Source: a virus
Lineage: Duplodnaviria > Caudoviricetes
Length of the DNA: 44,007 nucleotides
Reading direction: 5' to 3' (one strand)
Virus record (IMG/VR): IMGVR_UViG_3300014885_000001
Coordinates: 1-44,007 of that record
Both the position numbers and the translations under genes were made by a program. The notes under the pieces are model-generated. The model ran no database searches. It was not told the origin of the DNA and saw nothing but the letters and a program-made list of their open reading frames with translations. This document shows positions 34,055 to 42,596 of the stretch, piece by piece. How positions within the stretch are numbered: the first letter of the stretch is position 1; every line of letters begins with the position of its first letter.

Positions 34055-34706
34055 CGTCTAACAGCTTCGCTAGGAAGCTTCCCCCGCTACCAAAGTCGAT
34101 TGCCTGGATGCCGTGCTTCGAGAGCCGGTTCGCCAAGCAGGTTGCGGTTGGGCCGCAGGCGAGAATCGCGATGTCCGGGCCGTTGCGCAGAAGCTGTTTG
34201 TGAAACCAGTCGATATCCGCGTATGCGCGCGTGCGTGGGCACTCTACGTGGTCGATCATTGCGGCGCCCGTTAGTGCGCGAAGCGCCCCGCTGGTCGGCT
34301 CGCACAAGATCGCTACGCGCTTGCCGGCCCACAGCTTCCGAAACTCGAGCGCGTATTCGCGCGTGCGAATCCACGGCGCGGAATCCGGGCGGCTGATGAG
34401 TGAGGAGTAGTACTCAACATCCGGCGAGAGCACCTGCTTGAAGCGCTCGCGGTGGCGCAGCATGGAGGCGTACTTGGGGCTCTCTTTGTTGTACGGCCAG
34501 ATGCCGACGAGGCAGCGTTTATGTGGATTCGCTATAACCTCGTTCAGCTCGCGCGCCATCTTCCGATTAGCGGGCTCGCGGATGTACTCGTTGCCGGTCA
34601 TCATCTTGAGCTCGCCGTCGCCGAACCGCGCGATACTTAAGCCCTGCTGAAGTTTCTTGAGCGTCGTCCACTCGTCGTGAACCTTGGGGTATTTGTCTAC
34701 GCTCAT
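34047..34706 (-). CDS. GT-D fold glycosyltransferase (DUF1792-like)
   Basis: SIARFGDGE signature; F.KLW.GKRV; GPTATCLANRL...GIQAIDFG. Confidence 0.85.
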   Translation of the reverse strand: MSVDKYPKVHDEWTTLKKLQQGLSIARFGDGELKMMTGNEYIREPANRKMARELNEVIANPHKRCLVGIWPYNKESPKYASMLRHRERFKQVLSPDVEYYSSLISRPDSAPWIRTREYALEFRKLWAGKRVAILCEPTSGALRALTGAAMIDHVECPRTRAYADIDWFHKQLLRNGPDIAILACGPTATCLANRLSKHGIQAIDFGSGGSFLAKLLDDA

Positions 34707-35290
34707 AGCAGCTTCACGCTGCCGGTCATCGCCAGCCAACTGTCGATGCGCGCCGTGTGGGTGGCAGACAGCTCGAACGTAGCGGAACTAACTACTCGCG
34801 GCGGCTGGTACTTGGCTTCCACGCGGTTTCGCACCGCGTTCAGTCGGCCTGCGATTTCCGGGATCTTGCGCGCGTCCCACATGACTTGCAGAAAGCTGAT
34901 GTACGCCATCGTGCCGCTGTCGAGAAGGTCCGTGACGATGTCGAGTTCCGCGCCTTCGACATTCAGCTTCATCCACGCGGTATCGCCGGGATAGATGTTG
35001 TCGCGCAGCCATTCGGCGGCGCTCACGAACGTGCAAGAAATGTGCGTTTCAGGGCGTCCGGGGCGCTTCCACAAGCTCGCACCTTGGCTGCCTGGATCGT
35101 ACAACTCTGCCGCTTCGTCGCGGTCCCACAAGCCGTACGGCACGATCTGCGTACGCTGGTCCGCGAGTTTCGCGAGCATTTTCTGGTGTTCATGCACCGG
35201 CTCGAAGCAGACTATGCGGTCGAAATCCCAACGCTTCGCCGCGGCGAGCGTTTGGCCGGTGTGCGCGCCGACGTCGAGGAAAACTTTCAT
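34703..35290 (-). CDS. FkbM-family SAM methyltransferase
   Basis: FLDVGAHTG, FEP, GLW, MKLNVEGAE motifs. Confidence 0.88.
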   Translation of the reverse strand: MKVFLDVGAHTGQTLAAAKRWDFDRIVCFEPVHEHQKMLAKLADQRTQIVPYGLWDRDEAAELYDPGSQGASLWKRPGRPETHISCTFVSAAEWLRDNIYPGDTAWMKLNVEGAELDIVTDLLDSGTMAYISFLQVMWDARKIPEIAGRLNAVRNRVEAKYQPPRVVSSATFELSATHTARIDSWLAMTGSVKLL

Positions 35291-35784
35291 CAGAGAGCGT
35301 GGCCCCATGCCGCGCCGCGTTTTATGCGGCTTACCGCAGCTTGCCCTATCCCGTACGCCGCCGCAATGTCGTACTGGTTGAGCCCTCGATCAAGCGCAAC
35401 ACGAATGGCGCGGACTTTCGGTTCGTCCAGCTTCGCGCGACCGTTTGCAGCGCCTACCGGCGCCGTCCCGTGAATCTTTCGGTCCTGCTGGTTTTCGAGC
35501 ACCGTACCGTAAGTCAAGTTCGACAGGCAGTTGTTAGACGAGACGCCGTCTCTATGGCGCACTTCGTGATCCTCAGGTGGCGGCCCGACAAACGCCAGCA
35601 GTACGAGCTGATGCACGCCGAACCATCGCGGTTTGGCGCCGCGCGTTGCGCGCAACTTTACCTGCAAATGCCCGTAGCGGCCCTTTTTACCTTTGAGCAA
35701 AACGCCGGCCTCGTTGTTGAGGACTACGCCGGTGTCCGACACCAAGTACCGCGGGAAGCCTGGAACGCTGCGGTACTCCATCAC
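35290..35784 (-). CDS. NUMOD4-HNH homing endonuclease with C-terminal HTH
   Basis: VPGFPRYLVSDTG (NUMOD4); VHQLVLLAFVG, VRHRDG...NN.LSNL.YGT..EN (HNH); C-terminal HTH. Confidence 0.92.
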   Translation of the reverse strand: MMEYRSVPGFPRYLVSDTGVVLNNEAGVLLKGKKGRYGHLQVKLRATRGAKPRWFGVHQLVLLAFVGPPPEDHEVRHRDGVSSNNCLSNLTYGTVLENQQDRKIHGTAPVGAANGRAKLDEPKVRAIRVALDRGLNQYDIAAAYGIGQAAVSRIKRGAAWGHAL

Positions 35785-36569
35785 AGGACTCTATGCCAAG
35801 GTAGCGGCAGCGCCTCTTTCGGATCAGCGCGCAAAGTGCCGTACTTAGCCGTGATATCCCGCTTGCGTTTCTTGAACGCTTCGGGCGAGCGCGGTAACGT
35901 GTGCTCACTGGAATCCGGAACGGAGTGGCGCGTGTGAACGTGCAGTGGGAACTCGATCATAGCCGGCGCGCCGTTTGCGCGCTCCATCTCTTTCAAGAAC
36001 GGTGTGCCGCCGCCGAGAACGCCGGAAAAGCGCGTATTGTAGCCGCCCGCCTTCCAGAACGCTTCGGGAGTGCAAAGGTAACTGTCGATGTGCGGGTGGA
36101 TCCTCGCGAATGTGGCGTGCGGATTCACTTTGTCCTTCTTTCGCGTCTCGTCGGCCGCGCCGACACGGAAGCGCTCGAAGCGATACCACTTCGACGCATG
36201 CAACTGCGCAGCGCACGCGACTAGTTGCGCAGCGCTGTCCGGCGGCAGGACGTGGTCCGTGTCGACATGCAGCACCCACGGCGTCGTCGCCATCTTCGTA
36301 CCGAGATTGCGGGCCATGCCGCGGTTCCACGGCACGTCTTTGTCGATGCGGTACAGTTGAATGAATCCCGGATCTGACAAGCGCGCCATGTTGTGATACG
36401 CATAGTCGCAAATTACGGGTTCCGCCGGCTCCGGGCTGCAGTCGTCCACGACGATAAAATCTATGGCGTACTGCGCATCTTCCGAGTACGTGTTCCACGT
36501 CTCTAGCTGCTTGCGCAGCATGTTCGGTTGCCGGTAATACGGCACTACCATCGTAATGAGCGCGCTCAA
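35781..36569 (-). CDS. GT2 family glycosyltransferase
   Basis: VVPYY, IVVDDCS, WN..MARNLG, HVDTDH (DxD), FWKAGGYN.RF.G. Confidence 0.88.
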   Translation of the reverse strand: MSALITMVVPYYRQPNMLRKQLETWNTYSEDAQYAIDFIVVDDCSPEPAEPVICDYAYHNMARLSDPGFIQLYRIDKDVPWNRGMARNLGTKMATTPWVLHVDTDHVLPPDSAAQLVACAAQLHASKWYRFERFRVGAADETRKKDKVNPHATFARIHPHIDSYLCTPEAFWKAGGYNTRFSGVLGGGTPFLKEMERANGAPAMIEFPLHVHTRHSVPDSSEHTLPRSPEAFKKRKRDITAKYGTLRADPKEALPLPWHRVL

Positions 36570-37597
36570 CTAACTATTTCCCACAGCTTGTCCAGCGCCA
36601 TCTGCTTGTGCCGGCATTTCGCCGCCATCAGCAGGTCGCTGAAATCTTCCCAGCGCAGCAGCCGACCGCAGGCGTTTTCATGCACCGCGAACACCTTCGC
36701 GATTGCGGTCTTCATCAGATCGCCGCCGTAGGTGAGCTCCTCTTCGAGCTTCTCGCCGGGGCGCAGGCCGGTCTCGATAATCGGCGACGTGACCGGAAAT
36801 TCATCCTGCACTTTCAGCGCCATGTCGTACATATTGACCGGCGTGCCCATATCGAGTACGTACAAACCTGATCTGGGCAGGGTCGCCGCGCCGAGCGTGA
36901 GCTCGACCGCATCCGGGATCGACATGAAGTAGCGCGTGCAGCGCTTGTCGGTGAGCGTGATCGGCTTGCCTTGGGCAATCTGTTCGCGCCACAGAGGCAA
37001 TACCGAGCCGCTTGAGTTCAGGACGTTGCCGAAGCGCACGGTCGTGAACTTGGTCGACGATCGAGTAGATAGAAGGTTGACGAAAAGCTCGCACGCGCGC
37101 TTCGTGGCGCCCATCACCGATGAGGGCTTCACGGCCTTGTCGCTCGAGATCAGCACGAACTGCTTGACACCGGCGCGGCTCGCCGCGTGCGCAAGCTCGA
37201 TCGTGCCACCGACGTTGTTCTGGATCGCCTCGATGGGGTTTTGCTCGCAGAGCGGCACGTGCTTGTGCGCGGCGGCGTGGATCACGATGTCAACGCCTTC
37301 GCAGGCTGCGGCCATCGCCTTGCCGTCGGTGACGGAAGCGAGTACCGCCTTGAGGTACGTGCGCTTACCGCCCGCATCCAGTTTGTCGAAGCTGTGGTTT
37401 ATGCGTCGGCCGTCAGCAGCTTCGTGCGTAGCGAGTTCTTTTTCTACCGCGTAAAGCGGCAGTTCGCTGTGCCCGACCATTCTCAATTCTTGAACCGAGA
37501 ATCCGGCGAGCTTGCGGCAAATTTCCGAGCCGATGGAGCCGCCCGCGCCCGTGACGAGCACGACTTTGCCGGCGAAGTGGCTTTGTGGGTGGGTCAT
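36566..37597 (-). CDS. CapD/PglF-like nucleotide-sugar 4,6-dehydratase (soluble catalytic domain only)
   Basis: TGAGGSIGSE, HAAAHKHVPLCE, SSDKAV, MGATK, VRFGNVL.SSGSV, TRYFM, GLRPGEKL.EEL. Confidence 0.93.
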   Translation of the reverse strand: MTHPQSHFAGKVVLVTGAGGSIGSEICRKLAGFSVQELRMVGHSELPLYAVEKELATHEAADGRRINHSFDKLDAGGKRTYLKAVLASVTDGKAMAAACEGVDIVIHAAAHKHVPLCEQNPIEAIQNNVGGTIELAHAASRAGVKQFVLISSDKAVKPSSVMGATKRACELFVNLLSTRSSTKFTTVRFGNVLNSSGSVLPLWREQIAQGKPITLTDKRCTRYFMSIPDAVELTLGAATLPRSGLYVLDMGTPVNMYDMALKVQDEFPVTSPIIETGLRPGEKLEEELTYGGDLMKTAIAKVFAVHENACGRLLRWEDFSDLLMAAKCRHKQMALDKLWEIVS

Positions 37598-37989
37598 GTT
37601 TTCAACCTCGCGGCTTTGGTGCCGCTTGATGTTTGCAGCCTAACACTACTCGCGTTCGGATCGCTAGTCTCCACGAGGTACACTGCATAAACCGTGCCGT
37701 TCTTATTAATCCGCGGCGCGCCGCCCATGCCGGTCGGCGCATCGGCCGCGGCCACCAGGCATAGCTCGCGCACCGCAGCATTGTAGAACGTGCGCAGGCC
37801 GGAAAACTGCGTGGGGAAATCTGGCGGCGGCCCCGGCGACGTAAGCGGGTTGCGCAGCACGAGCGCCGTTGGCAGCGCGACCGGCTGCAGATATATCAGT
37901 GTGCTGGCAACAACCGCGGCCACCGACACTGCGCGCAGCACAATCGTGTTAGGGCTCGCGTGCCCTTCTCGAAGATATATCGTGGTCAC
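37594..37989 (-). CDS. hypothetical (probable virion) protein
   Basis: Coupled overlaps; beta-rich, with YAVYLVETSDPNASSVR. Confidence 0.6.
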   Translation of the reverse strand: MTTIYLREGHASPNTIVLRAVSVAAVVASTLIYLQPVALPTALVLRNPLTSPGPPPDFPTQFSGLRTFYNAAVRELCLVAAADAPTGMGGAPRINKNGTVYAVYLVETSDPNASSVRLQTSSGTKAARLKT

Positions 37990-38525
37990 GACCCGTCTAC
38001 GTTCGTCGGCAGAATCGTGTTTACCGTGGTGCCGGCGATATCAGGCGAACCGGGCTTGTAAGCCGCTAGATAGTGCGCGGTGCCGGCGGGCGTATCGGTC
38101 GGCAGATTGTATGTGCCGTCGAGATTCGACTGCACTTCCCCGACATAGGCGTCGGTCAGCGTGCGAAAGCCTTGCACGATAGCGCCGGCCGATGGATTCG
38201 AGTCTTCGTCCAGACACTGCCCGCGAATGAACCGCGTGGTCTGCGTACCTTCGCCATCGCAGCTGTAGGGCTCGTACAAGTCCGGGAAATTCATGCCGCG
38301 CTGCGTAGCGCCATCCATGTTGACATCCGCGTTGCCGACTCGACAGCCGTACGACCACAGGGAGTACCAGCAGTTGCGGTCTTTCCGGGTCTTCGGACTG
38401 CGCTGCTGGTAACTCCATTTCGGTTCAGCCGCCGCATCCAGAAAACTCGGCTGCAAAGCGCCCGACCTGCTACTCCAGCCGCCGCCGGTGGCCCCCGCCG
38501 TGCCGAACCTCAGCTGAACGCCCAC
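37986..38525 (-). CDS. hypothetical protein with C-terminal carboxypeptidase-regulatory-like beta-sandwich
   Basis: GTG at 38525 overlapping the upstream TAG; IRG..LD....P..GA.V...S..DG.Y pattern. Confidence 0.6.
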   Translation of the reverse strand: MGVQLRFGTAGATGGGWSSRSGALQPSFLDAAAEPKWSYQQRSPKTRKDRNCWYSLWSYGCRVGNADVNMDGATQRGMNFPDLYEPYSCDGEGTQTTRFIRGQCLDEDSNPSAGAIVQGFRTLTDAYVGEVQSNLDGTYNLPTDTPAGTAHYLAAYKPGSPDIAGTTVNTILPTNVDGS

Positions 38526-38815
38526 TACATCGCGTCCGCTAGCTCGTGGCGCGCGGCCAGCAGCTGTTTCTCCTGCGGCGTGCCGACGAGTGCGGTGTCG
38601 TGCGCAGGCACGATGGCGGCTTCGCCGTGCGTGATCTTTCGGCGCGCGTAGCTGCTCCGGAGGATATCCCGCGCCGTGTCTAGCATCGCGAGCGCATAGT
38701 TCAAGTCGGTCAGCGATCCGCCCACCGACATGACGCCGCTGCGATAGCACTTGATCTCAAGCGACGACACGACAGTGTCGCCGTGCAGATCATCCATGTT
38801 CGCCGGGCGGCCCAC
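38525..38815 (-). CDS. hypothetical protein
   Basis: Start GTG 38815 or ATG 38797; fills the gap between genes. Confidence 0.55.
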   Translation of the reverse strand: MGRPANMDDLHGDTVVSSLEIKCYRSGVMSVGGSLTDLNYALAMLDTARDILRSSYARRKITHGEAAIVPAHDTALVGTPQEKQLLAARHELADAM

Positions 38816-39246
38816 TATTCGTCTACCACCGCGTGAACGTCGACAACCGCGCTGTTCGCGGTGATGTTCCACGCAACTATCGCTTGGCCGCCCGCGGGGA
38901 GCACGATGCCGCGCGGGAACGTGTACACAATCGCCGCACCGACGAGCGCGGCCAACGAGAACCGGCGGAAAAAGTTAGCCGGCACCGTGGGAGCCGTGCC
39001 GAAGGCGACTGCACCCTGGGTAAGCCCGGTAGGGCGCCCTTCATCTTCGGCCAGGAACGCTACGCCGCCGGTGAGCGTCGGGGTGTTCGCCGAGCGGCCG
39101 AGACCGACCACGCACGCTGTCGCCGCGCCGTTGAAGTACCCCCACTCCATGAGCGCGGCTTCATTGGAGGCCGGGGACAGGAAACCGTGGGATGCGGCGG
39201 CGATCGTGGTAACGGTCGTGCGCTGCGCGAGTGAGTAAATTGCCAT
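38815..39246 (-). CDS. hypothetical beta-rich virion protein
   Basis: GAGG RBS; jelly-roll-like alternating hydrophobic pattern. Confidence 0.65.
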   Translation of the reverse strand: MAIYSLAQRTTVTTIAAASHGFLSPASNEAALMEWGYFNGAATACVVGLGRSANTPTLTGGVAFLAEDEGRPTGLTQGAVAFGTAPTVPANFFRRFSLAALVGAAIVYTFPRGIVLPAGGQAIVAWNITANSAVVDVHAVVDE

Positions 39247-39252
39247 AAAACC

Positions 39253-40278
39253 TCAAAGGTCTGTGCGGAGCCAGATTTGCCCCACGGTAGGTGAAACAGG
39301 GTCGGCGGTCAAGTTCTCTACGCGAAACGATGTGGCCTGTTGGCCGCTGAAGTTCACCGCCGCCGTCGGCGCCGCAAGTTCGTCGAGCCGGATGGGGTCG
39401 GCTCCGCCGAGTTTGTGTCGGGAGGCGTGGACGAGAGGAGCGCTTGCCGCCTCTGCCGCCGCAGCAGCGCCCGTGGCGTCATACCGTGCGTCCCCGTCGG
39501 CTCGGGTGAGAACGTCGGTAGCACTGGCAACGCCGAGCGCTCGTTTGGCAAAAGCGTCGGGGCCGGTCTGTTCGACGAGACCCGCGGTTGCATTAAGTCC
39601 TGCGAGGGCGGTGAGGGTGGCGTCGACTGGCTGGCTTGCGGCTTGGGCTGCAGCGGCGGCGCCGATCGCATCGTACCGGGCATCCGCGTCCGCGCGCGTA
39701 GGGACGCTAGTAGACGCTGCGACGCCGAGCGCTCGTTTGGCGAAGGCGTCGGCACCGGTCTGCTCCACAAGACCGGCCGAAGAATCGAGACCAGCCACGG
39801 CGGTAAGCGTCGCGTCCAGCCCCTGATAGGCCGCATTACCCTCAGCCGCAGTGAGGTACTGAGGATGCGGATCGATAGCAGCTTCGTGCGCCGCCATCGA
39901 CGCAATAGCTGCCCCAATCGCGTCATACAGTGCATCGGCTTCTGCCTCTGTCAGATAGATTGGGTGCGGATTGGCCTCCGCGACGTGTTCGACCACCGCT
40001 TCTGCGGCACCGGCGTCAATCGCCGCGACGAGCGTCGCCGATCCCGAGACGCTGCCTTCTATATCCGCCCACGTCACGGGCGTTCCGTCGCCGCCGGTGA
40101 TCTGGCTCCAGCCGCCCGCAGTCTGGATGTACAGCTTATTGCCGCTCGAATCGACGTAAATCGACCCGACTAGCGCCTCCAAGTCGCCGGGCGCCCCGGA
40201 ACCTACGTTCAAGCTCGGTGTGACGCCTTGAAGCGCGCCGGGGTTCGCAAACCACGTAATGCTGGGGAGCAGACTCAT
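39253..40278 (-). CDS. fibre-like virion protein with internal repeats
   Basis: Two H....(N/D)PHP.YLT motifs, two 64-aa tandem repeats, HASRH..GG.DP, P..GQIW. Confidence 0.7.
   Translation of the reverse strand: MSLLPSITWFANPGALQGVTPSLNVGSGAPGDLEALVGSIYVDSSGNKLYIQTAGGWSQITGGDGTPVTWADIEGSVSGSATLVAAIDAGAAEAVVEHVAEANPHPIYLTEAEADALYDAIGAAIASMAAHEAAIDPHPQYLTAAEGNAAYQGLDATLTAVAGLDSSAGLVEQTGADAFAKRALGVAASTSVPTRADADARYDAIGAAAAAQAASQPVDATLTALAGLNATAGLVEQTGPDAFAKRALGVASATDVLTRADGDARYDATGAAAAAEAASAPLVHASRHKLGGADPIRLDELAAPTAAVNFSGQQATSFRVENLTADPVSPTVGQIWLRTDL
39442..39825 (-). repeat. 192-bp (64-aa) tandem duplication
   Basis: Q..DATLTA.AGL...AGLVEQTG.DAFAKRALGVA..T.V.TRAD.DARYDA.GAAAAA.AAS occurs twice. 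Confidence 0.9.
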
Positions 40279-40304
40279 TCGCGCAGCCTAATAGAACGCT
40301 CGAA

Positions 40305-41939
40305 TCAACGCCAGCGCAGCTTCGGCTTTTCCTGCTCCTGCCACTCGAGCCATTCGACAGAGCCGAACACCGGCCCTGGCGTGCGCGCGGAGCCCGCGGG
40401 CACCCGGCCGACCGGAAATTGATCCATCGCCCGGCCGATGAGGCCGCACACGTCCGCGGCGTCGTCGTAGCGTCCTGCGGGCAGCGCCACGAGCTGTTGC
40501 ACAATGCGCCGGCTGTTGGCGGTGTCCCTGAAATGCACGGAGCCAGAGTGCCAGAGCTTCTCGCCCTGCGGCCCGCGAAGCATGCTCTCGCCGCCCGAGG
40601 CCGCGCGGCCTTGGAACGAGGCGCACTTCGCCAGTTTGTCGGCCATCGAAGTGATCGCGCGCCGGTCGCAGTAGATGTTTTCCTGCGCTTGGTTGCGCTG
40701 GCGCATGCGCAGGTTGAACAGCGGCCCCATCGCCTTGTCGATGACCCCGCCCTCATTGAACCACATCGTCGTCTTCCACTTCTTCATCATATCGATCGTC
40801 TGCTCGCAGGAGACGCCGGTGTTGCACTGCTTGCTCCACCAATCCACTTCCCACAAATCGCCCTGCGGATCGACGCCGAAGATGCCGAGCTCGGTGAAGT
40901 CGTTGCGCCCTTCCGTCACCGCGTAGTCGCCCGCTCCGACGTAGGCGAGATACGGCGGCTCGGTGCCAGGCTTGTAGAAATCGAACATTGATTCCGCGAA
41001 CCTGTCGCTGCCTTGCGGCGTCGGGCGCTGCTGATAGAGGCTCGACCAGGTGCGCGCGGATTCCGAGCCCTGCGCGTGCTCGAACATCGCCCAGTGCTCG
41101 GGCGGGTAGTACTCGGGCCAGATGTACTCACCGATTCTGCGGCCCAGCGGATCATCGCTGCGCTCGCATTTCGCCGGGATATTGAGCACTTCCCAATCCA
41201 AGCCGTCCTTGCACCGGATAATCCCCGACCGGCCGTCGTAGTCTTCCGGCAGGATTCTTCCTGCGATGTCGTCCTCGTGCCAGCGTGTAAGCACCACGAT
41301 TCCCCACGCATTCGGCAGCGAGCGAGTGAGCAGGTCATCCTTGTAGGCGTTGTAGCAGTCCTGGCGCTGCGTCTCGGAGTCGGCCTCCTTACGCCCGGAG
41401 AGCGGGTCGTCAATTATCCAGCCGTTCGCGCGGTTGCCGGTCAAACCGCCGGTCAAGCCCATCGCCAGCATGTTCGATTCGTTATCGAGCAGCCAGTCCT
41501 TCTTGGCGTTCTTGGCGAGCTTGCAGTCATCACCAAAAATGAGCCGGTAGTCTTCCTGCTCGACGATGAACTGCGCGCGTCCGCTCTGCCGCTCGGCGAG
41601 ATCCCCTTGATAGGCGGTGAGCATGATGCGCGAGCCCGGGAACTTGCCCATGTACCACGTAGCGCCGACGCAGTCGACATAGAGCGACTTGGCGGCGCCG
41701 GGCGGTAGCATGATGATAGCCCGGCCCATTGGCTTCAACATCGTGCGCTGGATGCAGGAGAGGAGCACGGCGTGATGGCGCGCCATGAAGTTCTCTGCCG
41801 GTCCAAGCAGGTCTTCATCCGGGTACATCGGCGCGTTCGGCACCGTGGGCATCTGGATATTCAGGGCGAAGGAGTGCAGCGATTCCTGGCAGCGCTTGCG
41901 CCGGAGCAGCTCGCGCGCGACATCAGCTTTGCGAAGCAT
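40305..41939 (-). CDS. terL: terminase large subunit
   Basis: LPPGAAKS, GLTGNRA..WIIDDP, TRWHEDD, LYQQRP, GDYA, DDAAD motifs. Confidence 0.93.
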   Translation of the reverse strand: MLRKADVARELLRRKRCQESLHSFALNIQMPTVPNAPMYPDEDLLGPAENFMARHHAVLLSCIQRTMLKPMGRAIIMLPPGAAKSLYVDCVGATWYMGKFPGSRIMLTAYQGDLAERQSGRAQFIVEQEDYRLIFGDDCKLAKNAKKDWLLDNESNMLAMGLTGGLTGNRANGWIIDDPLSGRKEADSETQRQDCYNAYKDDLLTRSLPNAWGIVVLTRWHEDDIAGRILPEDYDGRSGIIRCKDGLDWEVLNIPAKCERSDDPLGRRIGEYIWPEYYPPEHWAMFEHAQGSESARTWSSLYQQRPTPQGSDRFAESMFDFYKPGTEPPYLAYVGAGDYAVTEGRNDFTELGIFGVDPQGDLWEVDWWSKQCNTGVSCEQTIDMMKKWKTTMWFNEGGVIDKAMGPLFNLRMRQRNQAQENIYCDRRAITSMADKLAKCASFQGRAASGGESMLRGPQGEKLWHSGSVHFRDTANSRRIVQQLVALPAGRYDDAADVCGLIGRAMDQFPVGRVPAGSARTPGPVFGSVEWLEWQEQEKPKLRWR

Positions 41940-41995
41940 GGGTGGGTGAGTGAGCCGGCGCGGCTACGGCCGCGGGGGCCGGATTGGCGGGGGCG

Positions 41996-42394
41996 TCATT
42001 GCACGCTCACCACAGCATCCGATGCGAGCGCGGCCTGCAGGTCGGCCAGCGAGAGCGTGCGCGCCGACTCCGCATTCGCCGACACGTCTATCTCCACCGA
42101 CTTCAATCGCGGCAGCGAGAACTCGGCGAGCGCCATGATCTGATCGAGATACACCTTCGGATTCTCCTGGTGCAGCGCGGCGAGGGCCGACTGGATCTGC
42201 GGCATCTCGAGCGCTAGCAACTGCGCCATCTGATGACGCATTCGCGCCTTGCTGACGTTGTTGATGCGCCCGAGCGTCATCGCACCCGGCGCGTCCGGCT
42301 TCACCAGGGACTTCTGCATGTGCTCCTCGGGCGGCATGTTGCCGAACTCATTGAGCTCGCCGCCGACCAGGTCGGAGAGTGTGGGCTTCGTCAT
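41996..42394 (-). CDS. probable terminase small subunit
   Basis: G..N.SK..R, NP..YL.....LAEFSLPRLKSVE; immediately upstream of terL. Confidence 0.55.
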   Translation of the reverse strand: MTKPTLSDLVGGELNEFGNMPPEEHMQKSLVKPDAPGAMTLGRINNVSKARMRHQMAQLLALEMPQIQSALAALHQENPKVYLDQIMALAEFSLPRLKSVEIDVSANAESARTLSLADLQAALASDAVVSVQ

Positions 42395-42436
42395 GAACCT
42401 AAAATAGCGCGTCGGCTTGTTTTAGGTCAAGCCGAG

Positions 42437-42484
42437 CACGAAACACTAGAAACGGGATAACACGAAACCCTAGAAATAGGGTAA
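42437..42484. repeat. 24-bp tandem repeat (20/24 identical)
   Basis: cacgaaacactagaaacgggataa / cacgaaaccctagaaatagggtaa. Confidence 0.85.
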
Positions 42485-42559
42485 TGGCGAGCGGCCAAGG
42501 ACTCGAACCTCGTTTCGCGGCTTTGGAGGCCGCAGTCTTGCCCGGTAGACGAACCGCCC
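42485..42559 (-). tRNA. trnW: tRNA-Trp (CCA)
   Basis: GGGCGGT/GCCGCTC acceptor, GTCT/AGAC D-stem, GCGGC-CTCCAAA-GCCGC anticodon arm, CGAGG-TTCGAGT-CCTTG T-arm, G73 discriminator, encoded CCA. Confidence 0.95.
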
Positions 42560-42567
42560 GTGTCCGC

Positions 42568-42596
42568 AGTGTAGCGATGTGGCCGATAAGGGGCAA
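42568..42596 (-). promoter_or_regulatory. sigma70-like promoter heading the tRNA/late operon
   Basis: TTGCCC-17 nt-TACACT, ending 8 nt upstream of the tRNA 5' end. Confidence 0.6.

Noticed and set aside
32697-35784. Group I introns or inteins hosting the HNH genes
   Set aside because: Flanking genes appear intact, and the endonuclease ORFs abut or overlap them with no room for a ribozyme core; no intein motifs are seen in pol, helicase or terL
42485-42559. attP site / prophage integration at a tRNA
   Set aside because: No integrase, excisionase or repressor is recognisable; the tRNA is complete with its own promoter; no host flanks are present
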